64,000 bases of DNA from Macrostomum lignano (lineage: Eukaryota). The translations under genes and the position numbers were made by a program. The notes under the pieces are model-generated. The model saw only the letters and a program-made list of their open reading frames with translations. It did not search any database and was not told the origin of the DNA. The DNA is taken from NCBI GenBank assembly GCA_002269645.1, contig NIVC01000952.1, forward strand, positions 400,967 through 464,966, given 5' to 3'. Below are positions 32,756 through 44,700 of the stretch, piece after piece (position 1 is the first letter of the stretch; the number at the start of each line of letters is the position of its first letter).

Positions 32756-35700
32756 ATGCAGGCCCAACGCTACAGGCCGGCCTCCGCGTCGCCCTACCGA
32801 AGCCCCGGCGCCGCATTCTACGGCTCAACTGGCCGGCTCAGCTCGCTGGACAGGCGCGGCTATCGCAGCCCCGACAGAGGCGGCCTCATCGACCGCGGCA
32901 TCAGGTTGGCTTGGCTGTGCAATTGGGGCTGAACTAGGGACAGGCTGGGAGAAGTAGAGAGAGACTGTGAGGAGTAGAGAGCGAGACTGTGAGAAGTAGA
33001 GAGAGACTGGAAGAAGTAGAGAGCGAGACTGTGAGAAGTAGAGAGAGACTGGAAGAAGTAGAGAGAGACTGTGAGAAGTAGAGAGCGACTGGGAGAGGTA
33101 GGGAGAGACTGGCAGAAGTAGAGAGAGACTGGGAGAAGTAGAGAGAGACTGGGAGAAGTAGAGAGAGACTGTGAGAAGTAGAGAGAGACTGGGAGAGGTA
33201 GGGAGAGACTGGCAGAAGTAGAGAGAGACTGGGAGACGTAGAGAAGACCGGGAAAAGTAGGGACAGGCTGGGAGAAGTAGGGAGAGACTGAGAGAAATAG
33301 GGAGAGACTGGGAGAGGTAGGGAGAGACTGGCAGAAGTAGAGAGAGGGACTGGGAGAAGTAGAGAGAGACTGGGAGACGTAGGGATAGACCGGGAAAAGT
33401 AGGGACAGGCTGGGAGAAGTAGGGAGAGACAGAGAAATAGGGAGGGACTGGGAGAAGTAGAGAGTGACTGAGAGAGGCAGAGAAGCAGTGTGAATGAAAG
33501 TCGGCAGAAAATTCCCTCATTCACGGAACGGCTATGCATCACCGAATCAAACTTGGCAGTTCTACAACCCAATTTATCTCAGTTCGTGATAATTTCCTCG
33601 ATTCCAACTTTTACTTTTCTACAAATTGCATATTTTTGCTTTTCCTGTCAGCCGCCCCTGTTTACCGGTGCGCCCGCGTTGCCTGTCGCATCAGTTGAGT
33701 ACTCGTGTTTGAGCACTCGAATCTGCAGCGGAGCGTGCGGTGGGCTGCTGAGCGCTTCTGAGAGCTGCACCCGCCTGCCTACCACGCATGTTGCGGCAGT
33801 TTCTCGGCAAGCAGAGAGACTGGGGGGGGGGGGAGAAGCCTCAGCTGCATCAATTTCTTTCCGTCTTTCCGTCGCCCTAAATGTAGAAAATCTCTGTACC
33901 CTCACTGTGCTCAGCCCTGTCGCTTTGCAGTTTCTCTCTGGCCTGAGAGCTGCTCGCTGCTGCCATTCTTGGCTTTTATGTGCTCACCGGGTTTTTATCT
34001 GGCATTCTTGTGCGCAGTTGAAAGCAGCCGAGCTCTTCAGCAGCGAGTAGTCACGAAATAGTTAACACCGGGGCTTGTGAGGCCTCATCCACTTGCGACT
34101 CTGACAGATTCCTGTTTAGCATAAAGTTTTATTTTATTTCCCGGCACTTTTCAATGAACCTCAGTCTCTGCTCCTTTTATTCTAAATGATTGCTGGTTTA
34201 TGTTGCAGTTTTTTATTTGTTGCAGAGAAAACACCTGGGCAGTGCGCATTGGTCTGTTGGTCCCTTTGGCGTGTAGGGCTTAGGAAGTTCAGGCTGACTT
34301 CCGTCTCAACGGGTGACCCCTGTCCTACAGGTGACTCCCCCTGTCCTACAGGTGACTTCCCCTGTCCTACAAGTGACTTCCCCCTGTCCTACAAGTGACT
34401 CCCCCTGTCCTACAGGTGACTTCCCCCTGTCCTACAGGTGACTTCCCCCTGTCCTACAAGTGACTCCCCCTGTCCTACAGGTGACTTCCCCCTGTCCTAC
34501 AAGTGACTTCCCCTGTCCTACAAGTGACTTCCCCTGTCCTACAAGTGACTTCCCCTGTCCTACAAGTGACTTCCCCCTGTCCTACAAGTGACTTCCCCTG
34601 TCCTACAAGTGACTTCCCCCTGTCCTACAAGTGACTTCCCCTGTCCTACAAGTGACTTCCCCCTGTCCTACAAGTGACTTCCCCTGTCCTACAGGTGACT
34701 TCCCCCTGTCCTACAAGTGACTTCCCCTGTCCTACAAGTGACTTCCCCTGTCCTACAGGTGACTTCCCCTGTCCTACAGGTGACTTCCCCTGTCCTACAG
34801 GTGACTTCCCCCTGTCCTACAGGTGACTTCCCCTGTCCTACAAGTGACTTCCCCCTGTCCTACAAGTGACTTCCCCTGTCCTACAAGTGACTTCCCCCTG
34901 TCCTACAAGTGACTTCCCCTGTCCTACAAGTGACTTCCCCTGTCCTACAGGTGACTTCCCCTGTCCTACAGGTGACTTCCCCCTGTCCTACAGGTGACTT
35001 CCCCTGTCCTACAAGTGACTTCCCCCTGTCCTACAAGTGACTTCCCCCTGTCCTACAAGTGACTTCCCCTGTCCCACTAGTGACCCATTTTTACAGGTGA
35101 CCTTCCTTCCTGCGTTACAAGAAAAAAATAGGGTCTGACATAAATTAAGAAAACTTGATTCTAAAATGTGCAAAACAGCCTTCCTTAGACTTCCTCATCC
35201 GCATCGCCTCATCTGTGCCACCCAGCTTCACAGTGAACAGCCTGCGGGAGTCGCGGCAGGAGCTGGCCTCCATAGCCAACGATATTGATGAATATCTCGA
35301 CGAGAAGGAGGCTGCGGCGGATGAGGCCACTTCCGAGAAGCTCCGCTACCGGCAGCAGCGGCTGTCGCGCTCGCCTTCGCCCTCGCCGTCGGCGAAGCAG
35401 CGGCGCACGTCGCCGAGATTCGCTCCCGCCTCCGCCGACTGGAATTACGGGGACACGGCGCCGCAGGTGAGGCTGCGATTGAGAAGATGGGGATAAGGGG
35501 CTCCATGAGGGGACAAGAAGCGTCATGAGGGGATAAGGGGCGCCATGAGGGAATAAGGGGCGCCATGAGGGAATAAGGGGCGCCATGAGGCGATAAGGGG
35601 CGCCATGAAGGGATAAAGGGGCGCCATGAAGGAATAAGGGGCGCCATGAGGGAATAAGGGGCGCCATGAGGCGATAAGGGGCGCCATGAAGGGATAAAGG

Positions 35701-38700
35701 GGCGCCATGAGGGAATAAGGGGCGCCATGAGGGAATAAGGGGCGCCATGAGGCGATAAGGGGCGCCATGAAGGGATAAGGGGCGCCATGAAAGGGATAAG
35801 GGGCGCCAGAAGGGGATAAGGGGCGCCATGAAGGGGATAAATGGCGCAATGAGGGGATATGGGGCGCCATCAGGGGACAAGAAGCGCCATGAGGGGATAA
35901 GGAGCGCCATGAGGGGATAAGGGGCGCCATGAGGGGATAAGGGGCGCCATGAGGGGATAAGGGGCGCCATGAAGGGGATAAGGGGCGCCATGAAGGGGAT
36001 AAGGGGCGCCATGAGGGGATAAGGGGCGCCATGAGGGGATAAGGGGCGCCATGATGGGATAAGGGGCACCATGATGGGATAAGGGGCACCATGATGGGAT
36101 AAGGGGCACCATGATGGGATAAGGGGCGCCATGAAGGGGATAAGGGGCGCCATGAGGGGATAAGGGGCGCCATGATGGGATAAGGGGCGCCATGATGGGA
36201 TAAGGGGCACCATGATGGGATAAGGGGCGCCATGAGCTGCTTATCGAGTCAAGAAGCTCACAGCAGTTCTGCTTATAAAAATTTGAATTCATTTTCAAGC
36301 AAGTTTTGGTTTCAAACCTTCAGCCCAGCTCTCATCACCCCGGCTACGGCAGCCAGCCGGCGTACCTGCCTCCGTCGGCCCCGCCGCCTCCGCCTCCTCC
36401 GCCGCTGCCGCCGCAACCGACGCCGCGAGCGGAACCTTTGAAAAATGAAAATGAACGACTTCGACTGGAGATCAAGGAGCTCAACGACTCGTGAGTGACC
36501 GCCATGGTGTGACTTTTGCCTCGCATCGGCTGATGCACAAGGGTTCCTCCGACAAGGGGATAGATAGCATTATAGCATTATAGCATTATAGCATTATAGC
36601 AATAGAATGGATTGCTAATCTACTCCTCATACATGGGGAATAGAATGGATTGCTAATCTATTCCTCAGACATGGGGAATAGAATGGATTGCTAATCTATT
36701 CCTCAGACATGGGGAATAGAATGGATTGCTAATCTATTCCTCAGACATTGGGATAGAATGGATTGCTAATCTATTCCTCAGACATGGGGATAGAATGGAT
36801 TGCTAATCTATTCCTCATACATGGGGAATAGAATGGATTGCTAATCTATTCCTCATACATGGGGAATAGAATGGATTGCTAATCTATTCCTCAGACATGG
36901 GGAATAGAATGGATTGCTAATCTACTCCTCAGACATGGGGAATAGAATGGATTGCTAATCTATTCCTCAGACATGGGGAATAGAATGGATTGCTAATCTA
37001 TTCCTCAGACATGGGGAATAGAATGGATTGCTAATCTACTCCTCAGACATGGGGAATAGAATGGATTGCTAATCTATTCCTCAGACATGGGGATAGAATG
37101 GATTGCTAATCTATTCCTCAGACATGGGGATAGAATGGATTGCTAATCTATTCCTCAGACATGGGGAATAGAATGGATTGCTAATCTACTCCTCAGACAT
37201 GGGGAATAGAATGGATTGCTAATCTACTCCTCAGACATGGGGAATAGAATGGATTGCTAATCTATTCCTCAGACATGGGGATAGAATGGATTGCTAATCT
37301 ATTCCTCAGACATGGGGATAGAATGGATTGCTAATCTATTCCTCAGACATGGGGAATATAATGGATTGCTAATCTACTCCACTCGAACTACCACTCCAGG
37401 CTGAACAACCAGACCAAGAAGCTGGACCAGCTGGCACCGCTGGCCAAGAGTCTGGAGCAGGAGCTGGCGGACAGTCAGGATCAGACAGACCGGCTCGGTG
37501 ACGCCCTGGCTGAGAGGGACCAGCAGAACAAGCAGCTGGGCAATGTGAGCTGGTGATGGTGCAGTGTGAGCTGGTGATGGGGCAGTGTGAGCTGGTGATG
37601 GTGCAGTGTGAGCTGGTGGTGGGGCAGTGTGAGCTGGTGATGGTGCAGTGTGAGCTGGTGATGGGGCAGTGTGAGCTGGTGATGGGGCAGTGTGAGCTGG
37701 TGATGGTGCAGTGTGAGCTGGTGATGGTGCAGTGTGAGCTGGTGATGGTGCAGTGTGAACCGGTGATAAAGAGCATATTTAATATTTCAAGAACCGATGG
37801 CTTCCAGGAGCTGCAGCTGGCGAAGCGCCAGACGGAGGAGTACCGCAGGCAGATGGAATCGCTGACCCGCGCCCTGAAGGAGAAAGATGCTGCGCTGGGC
37901 GCGAAGCAATCGGAGCTTGACTGTGCCAAAAATGTGAGCTCATTTCATCATAAACATCTCAAATAAGTTGTTGCTTAATTCGACATCTAGATATCCCCAA
38001 TTCGACACCTTGATATCCCCAATTCGACATCTAGATATCCCCAATTCGACACCTTGATATCCCCAATTCGACATCTAGATATCCCCAATTCGACACCTTG
38101 ATATCCCCAATTCGACATCTAGACATCCCCAATTCGACATCTAGACATCCCCAATTCAACATCTAGATATCCCCAGTTCAACATCTAGACATCCCCAATT
38201 CGACATCTAGACATCCCCAATTCGACATCTAGACATCCCCAATTCGACATCTAGACATCCCCAATTCAACATCTAGACATCCCCAATTCGACATCTAGAC
38301 ATCCCCAATTCGACATCTAGACATTCCCAATTCGCCAGTAGCCACACTCAGCCGCGTCTCCAGCTTCCCCGCTCGTCGAAAATCCCCAGGAGGCAGCCCA
38401 GCAGCAGTCCGAGGCTGATTCGGCCAGGGACGAGGCCGCTCACCTGAAGAGCCTCAACGCTGTGCTCTGCAAGGAGTGCCAGGAGCTCATCGGCCACATG
38501 GCCAGGCAGCAGGAGGTGGGTTATTGGTTGGATTTGTTGGCAGTGTACATTGTGTTAGACAGGTGTTAGATGCCTGTTAGACAAAATCTAGAACTGTTAG
38601 ACCAAATCTAGATCTGTTTAGACATGTTAGACATGCATATTAGATACCTGTTAGACAGATTCAGATCTGTTAGACATACTGGACAGCTGTTAGACAGAAT

Positions 38701-41700
38701 ATAGAACTGTTAGACATGCCGGACACCTGTTAGACACAGCCTGGTCCCGTCGAACATCCGCAGGAAACTGCAGGCCTCCGCGCCCAGCTGCAGGCGCTCC
38801 GCCGCGAGCGTGATCACGTGACCTCGGAGCTGGCAACCGCGGCGGCCGAGCGCGACCGGATGAAGGCCTCGCTGCTGGGCATCGACAGCTCCGATTCGCG
38901 CAGTCCAGCCGAGGTCATGGCCGACGACCTTCGACAGGAGCTGCTGCTGGCCCGCCAGGAGGCCGACCGGCTGCAGGCGCGGTGCGCCGGCCTTGACGAG
39001 GAGCGTGCCGGGCTGCAGGAGGCGCACGACAGCCTGCTGGGCGAGCTGGGGGCGCTGCGCCGCGCCCTGGCCACCTTCCAGGAGACCGTGGCTGGCGAGA
39101 ACCGCGCCATCGAAGAGGAGAACCGGCGGCTTGCGCGCGAAAACGAGGAACTGAAGCGGGGGAAAAGCCGGCCAGCAGGCAGGTCGAGGAGCGGCGAGGA
39201 CGGCCTGGGAGAAAGCGATGAGGAGTGAGTTCGGGTCGGATGGGGTCAGACTGGCTCGAAGTAGGCTAGATTGGGTGAAGGAAGTGAGTCAGAATAGGTA
39301 ACGGCGAGTCGGGAAATATTAGAGTGAGTCATGCGCTTCACAGAATGTGTTAGACTATGATCAAAGTGAGTCAGAGTGCGTCAGAATGGGTCAGAGTGAG
39401 TCAGACTGGGTCAGAGTGAGTCAGACTGGGTCAGAGTGAGTCAGAATGGGTCATAGTGAGTCAGAATGGGTCATAGTGAGTCAGAATGGGTCATAGTGAG
39501 TCAGACTGGGTCAGAGTGAGTCAGGCTGGGTTAGAGTAAGTCAGCCTGGGTTAGAGTGAGTCAGAATGGGTCAGAGTGAGTCAGACTGGGTCAGAGTGAG
39601 TCAGACTGGTCATAGTGAACCGGACAATTCTTTCGCAGACTGGACAACCGCTTGCAAAGCCAGTTAGACGAGCTCCGACATCAGAACCGGCAGCTGGCCC
39701 AGGAGAATGAGCAGCTGAGCCGACCTGCTGCATCCGGCTACCGGCTGCCAAGTGAGTGCTGACCGCACCTTGTCAACCCCCTTGTGCACCTCCTGATATC
39801 CCGTTACATTCACTTTGCTTATTGAAGACTTGGGAGCTGCAGCCTCAGCCCCGGGCCTCAGCCGCGATCTGCAGGACGTCCAGACCAGGCTTGCGGAATC
39901 GCGCGACCTCCTGGGTCGTCAGCAGTCGCTCATCGACCAGCTGGAGGCCGGGTTCGATTCGCCTCCGCAGCAGCGGAAGCGACCATCGACAGCAGCCGGA
40001 ATCGGGACGGCGGCAGCGGCAGCCTCATCGGCGACGTCTCCGGAGGTAGCAGCGCTGCGGCAGGAGATCGGCCGCCTGCGCCAGCTGGCCACTGAGAGCC
40101 AGCAGCGACGGCCGGAGGTTGACGATCTTCTAAGGCGGCTGTTAGAGGACAGGTAAAAGTCACTTTAACTCATATTTTCCTCAAACGAGATCCCAATAAA
40201 GACTCCCAACTCTGCTCTCACCGACAGCCGCGGCAAAGACGAGGCGATTCGCGCCCTGTCCGCTCAAGTCGATGCTCTCAAAGCGTCAAGACACTCGCAG
40301 CAGCCGTCCGGTGCTGACGATGGGGTCAGCCAGGACGATGGTCTGAGGAATCGAGTCCGAGACCTGCTGACCGACTGGGGCCGCTTTCAAGGCGACCTGT
40401 CCGGCCAGTTGCGCGTCGAGTCGGATGACCGACGGCAGGCCATCCGCGAGCTGGACAGCCGCTTCCAGGCGCTCGCCAATGAGCTGGAGGCGCTGCGCCG
40501 GGGCCGCGGAAGCGCCAGAAACGCCCAGTCCCAGACCCAGACGCCTTGGTTGAGACGACCGCCCGATCCGCAGCAGCAGCAACAACAACAGCAACAACAA
40601 CAGCAACAACAACAGCAACAACAACAGCAACAACAACAGGCTTCGTCCAACGCGGTCTCTTCAGACGACGGCCTGCACGAACGGCGGCCGTCGTCAAAGA
40701 AGCCGACGCACCTTGGCGAGGCCAAAGCTCGCTCGGATTCTTTAAACTTGCATCGCCCGCCAGCTGAGCAGCCGCACGGCACGGCTGGCGGGCCAAGCGT
40801 TGCCAATAGCAACGCAAACACCGCAGCCGCAGCAGCTGCCAGCGACAGCACTAAAAATATCCACACGCAGACGTCTCCACCGCCCCAAGCCTGCCCCGAG
40901 CATTTTTTCAATAGTTTGCCTTACTTCGAAGGCCCCCGACTCTACGATGAGGTCTCCGATGCCGAGGGCCTGCTGAGCGACGGCAAAGGACGCCACACAA
41001 CGGTTGAAAGCGGCGCCTTTCATCAGCAGCCGCACCTGCAGGGGGAGCCGTCTGGCACATCGGAATCCGCTAATTTGAACCTGCGCTCAGGCCCGCAAGA
41101 CCAAGGCCGAGCTGATGGGCAGTGCAGCAGCATGTGGGCCAGGCTCAGGTCGGCGAATGCAGGAAACGAAGGCCCCACAGCGCAGTCGCAGCGACAGCGA
41201 GCCAAGAGACAGTCCAGACGGAGCTTCGCCAGCTCAGCCAGCCCATCGCTGCCGGGAAGTCCGCGCCAGTCCGGCCTTCGAGACTCAGCCGGGTTGCACA
41301 GTGAGCGGTCCTTGAGTGGCAGCCCAGCGCGGAGACCGTCGTCTCGTAGCAAAGCACCATGGGACCGTCACGAAGAACGCAACGATTCCGACGAGACTCT
41401 GTCTGGTTCACCGCGACGATCTCGACGCGACAGCGGAACTCGGCGGCGCAAAGTTCCAAAGCTGAACCTGGGCAGCGAGGTCGGGAGCCACGGGCGGCCT
41501 CTCAGCGCAGAAGAAGCAGAAAGTCGAAGCCGAGCAGAGCAGAGCCGGTTGGAGGCTTCAAAGGCTCCAGTTGACAACCTTGGCTTCCGCGTGCCCAGAG
41601 GCGAGGCTAGACATCCCAGCTTCGAATCCGACAGCGGCAAGAGCGCCCGGTTCTCGTCAGACAGACAGGCGCGCGAAAAGCAGCCACGCTCAAGTCTTCG

Positions 41701-44700
41701 AACCTACAGTCAGTCGGAAGCCAGCGTTGGCGAGTCCACCGGCACGGTGAGGCCCACAGAGGCCAATCGACAAGGCGAGTTGTCTAATGAGCCAGCCCCA
41801 GGACGCGGTGTGCGGAGACGCGAAGGTTCTGGATCCGACAGTGAGGAATCGAGAAGCTCCCGGAGACCGAGCGAACTTGGATACAATAGACGCCCTGATG
41901 ATGATGTTTTCAGTGACAGAGACAAAACCGGGAGCCCAGACAGGCATCCTGACAAACCTAGCCATGCGAATTCCAGCGACAGGACTCTAGATGCGCGGGA
42001 TTCCCAGTCAGCAAGTGCCAGGGACAAGACTCTGTATAAGCAGCGCAACGATTCTCATTCTCCCAGTAACAGGGATCAAAGTCAAGGTGAAAGATTTGTC
42101 GATTCTCAGCCAACGAGTGCCAGAGACAGAAGTTGGTATCAGCAATTCGACCAGCTTGGCAGGACCAATTCTCAGGCCGGCAGCAAAGATGGACGCCGCA
42201 CAGGGGAATTCGAAAATAAATCAAATGCTGCGATTAGTAGAGATGGATACCCGGATCAACGATATGACGGTATAGCAGTGAGTAACAGGGACAGAAGTCC
42301 AGACGGACGGTATGACGGCTCTCAGCCTCCCAGCACTAGAGACAGAAGCCGAGACAGACGATATGACGGGTCTCAACCTCCCAGCGCGAGAGACAGAAGC
42401 CGAGACAGACGGTATGGCGGCTCTCAGCCTCCCAGCACTAGAGACAGAAGCCGAGACAGACGATATGACGGGTCTCAGCCTCCCAGCGCGAGAGACAGAA
42501 GCCGAGACAGACGATATGACGGGTCTCAGCCTCCCAGCGCGAGAGACAGAAGCCGAGACAGACGGTATGGCGGCTCTCAGCCTCCCAGCACTAGAGACAG
42601 AAGCCGAGACAGACGATATGACGGGTCTCAGCCTCCCAGCGCGAGAGACAGAAGCCGAGACAGACGATATGACGGGTCTCAGCCTCCCAGCACTACAGAC
42701 AGAAGCCGAGACAGACGGTATGACGGCTCTCAGCATCCTTATGCGAGAGACGGAAGTCGAGACAGAAGCCGAGACAGACGTTATGACGGCTCTCAGCCTC
42801 CCAGTGCGAGAGACAGAAGCCGAGAGAGACACAAAGACGACTCTCATCCACCCAGTGCGAGAGACAGAAGCCGAGACAGACGTTATGACGGCTCTCAGCC
42901 TCCCAGTGCGAGAGACAAAAGCCGAGAGAGACGTTATGACGGCTCTCAGCCTCCCAGCGCGAGAGACAAAAGCCGAGAGAGACGTTATGACGGCTCTCAG
43001 CCTCCCAGCGCGAGAGACAGAAGCCGAGAGAGACACAAAGACGACTCTCATCCACCCAGTGCGAGAGACAGAAGCCGAGACAGACGTTATGACGGGTCTC
43101 AGCCTCCCAGCGCGAGAGACAGAAGCCGAGACAGACGGTATGGCGGGTCTCAGCCTCCCAGCACTACAGACAGAAGCCGAGACAGACGGTATGACGGCTC
43201 TCAGCATCCTTATGCGAGAGACGGAAGTCGAGACAGAAGCCGAGACAGACGATATGACGGCTCTCAACCTCCCAGTGCGAGAGACAGAAGCCGAGAGAGA
43301 CACAAAGACGACTCTCATCTACCCAGTGCGAGAGACAGAAGCCGAGACAGACGTTATGACGGCTCTCAGCCTCCCAGCGCGAGAGACAGAAGCCGAGACA
43401 GACGTTATGACGGCTCTCAGCCTCCCAGTGCGAGAGACAAAAGCCGAGAGAGACGTTATGACGGCTCTCAGCCTCCCAGCGCGAGAGACAAAAGCCGAGA
43501 GAGACGTTATGACGGCTCTCAGCCTCCCAGCGCAAGAGACAGAAGCCGAGACAGACGTTATGACGGCTCTCAGCCTCCCAGCGCGAGAGACAGAAGCCAA
43601 GAGAGACACAAAGACGACTCTCATCCACCCAGCGCGAGAGACAGAAGCCGAGACAGACGTTATGACGGCTCTCAGCCTCCCAGCGTGAGAGACAGAAGCC
43701 AAGAGAGAGACAAAGACGACTCTCATTCATTCAATAAGAGACACAAAAGCCAAGACAGAAGGTATGACGGCTCTCAGCCTTACAGCGTGAGAGACAGAAG
43801 CCTAGAAAGAGACAAAGACGACTCTCATCCATCCAATAAGAGAGATAGCAGCCGAGACAAACGGTATGACGCCTCTCAGCCTCCCAGCGCGAGAGACAGA
43901 AGCCGAGAGAGACAAAAAGACGCCTCTCAGCCTCCCAGCGCGAGAGACAGAAGCCGAGACAGACGATATGACGGGTCTCAGCCTCCCAGCGCAAGAGACA
44001 GAAGCCGAGAGAGACACAAAGACGACTCTCATCCACCCAGTGCGAGAGACAGAAGCCGAGAGAGACACAAAGACGACTCTCATCCACCCAGTGCGAGAGA
44101 CAGAAGTCGAGACAGACGATATGACGGGTCTCAGCCTCCCAGCCCGAGAGACAGAAGCCGAGACAGACGGTATGACGAGTCTCAGCCTCCCAGCACTACA
44201 GATAGAAGCCGAGACAGACGGTATGACGACTCTCATCCACCCAATAAGAGAGACAGAAGCCGAGACAGACTGTATGACGATTCTCAGCCTGTAAGTCTGA
44301 AAGACCGACCCCAAAATAAGCAACACAGTGAACTGAATTTTGCCAGCACAAAGGAGAAAAATAAAGACAGGCGGTACGACAGCCATCAGCCTCCCAGTGC
44401 GAGAGACAGAAGCCGAGAGAGAGACAAAGACGACTCTCATTCATCCAATAAGAGAGACAGAAGCCGAGACAGACGGTATGATGATGCTCAACCTCCCAAT
44501 GCGAGAGACAGAAGCCGAGACAGACGGTATGATGATGCTCAACCTCCCAATGCGAGAGACAGAAGCCGAGACACACGGTATGACGGCTCCCAGCCTCCCA
44601 GTGCGAGAGACAGAAAACGAGAGAAGCAGAAAGATGACTCTCATCCAACCAGTGTGAGAGACAGAAGTAAAGACGGACAGAAAGACGACTCTCATCCTCC

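Noticed and set aside
33490-34050. 186-aa ORF inside intron 1 of the giant gene
   Set aside because: No recognisable motif, it contains a G homopolymer, and exons 1 and 2 join in phase without it.
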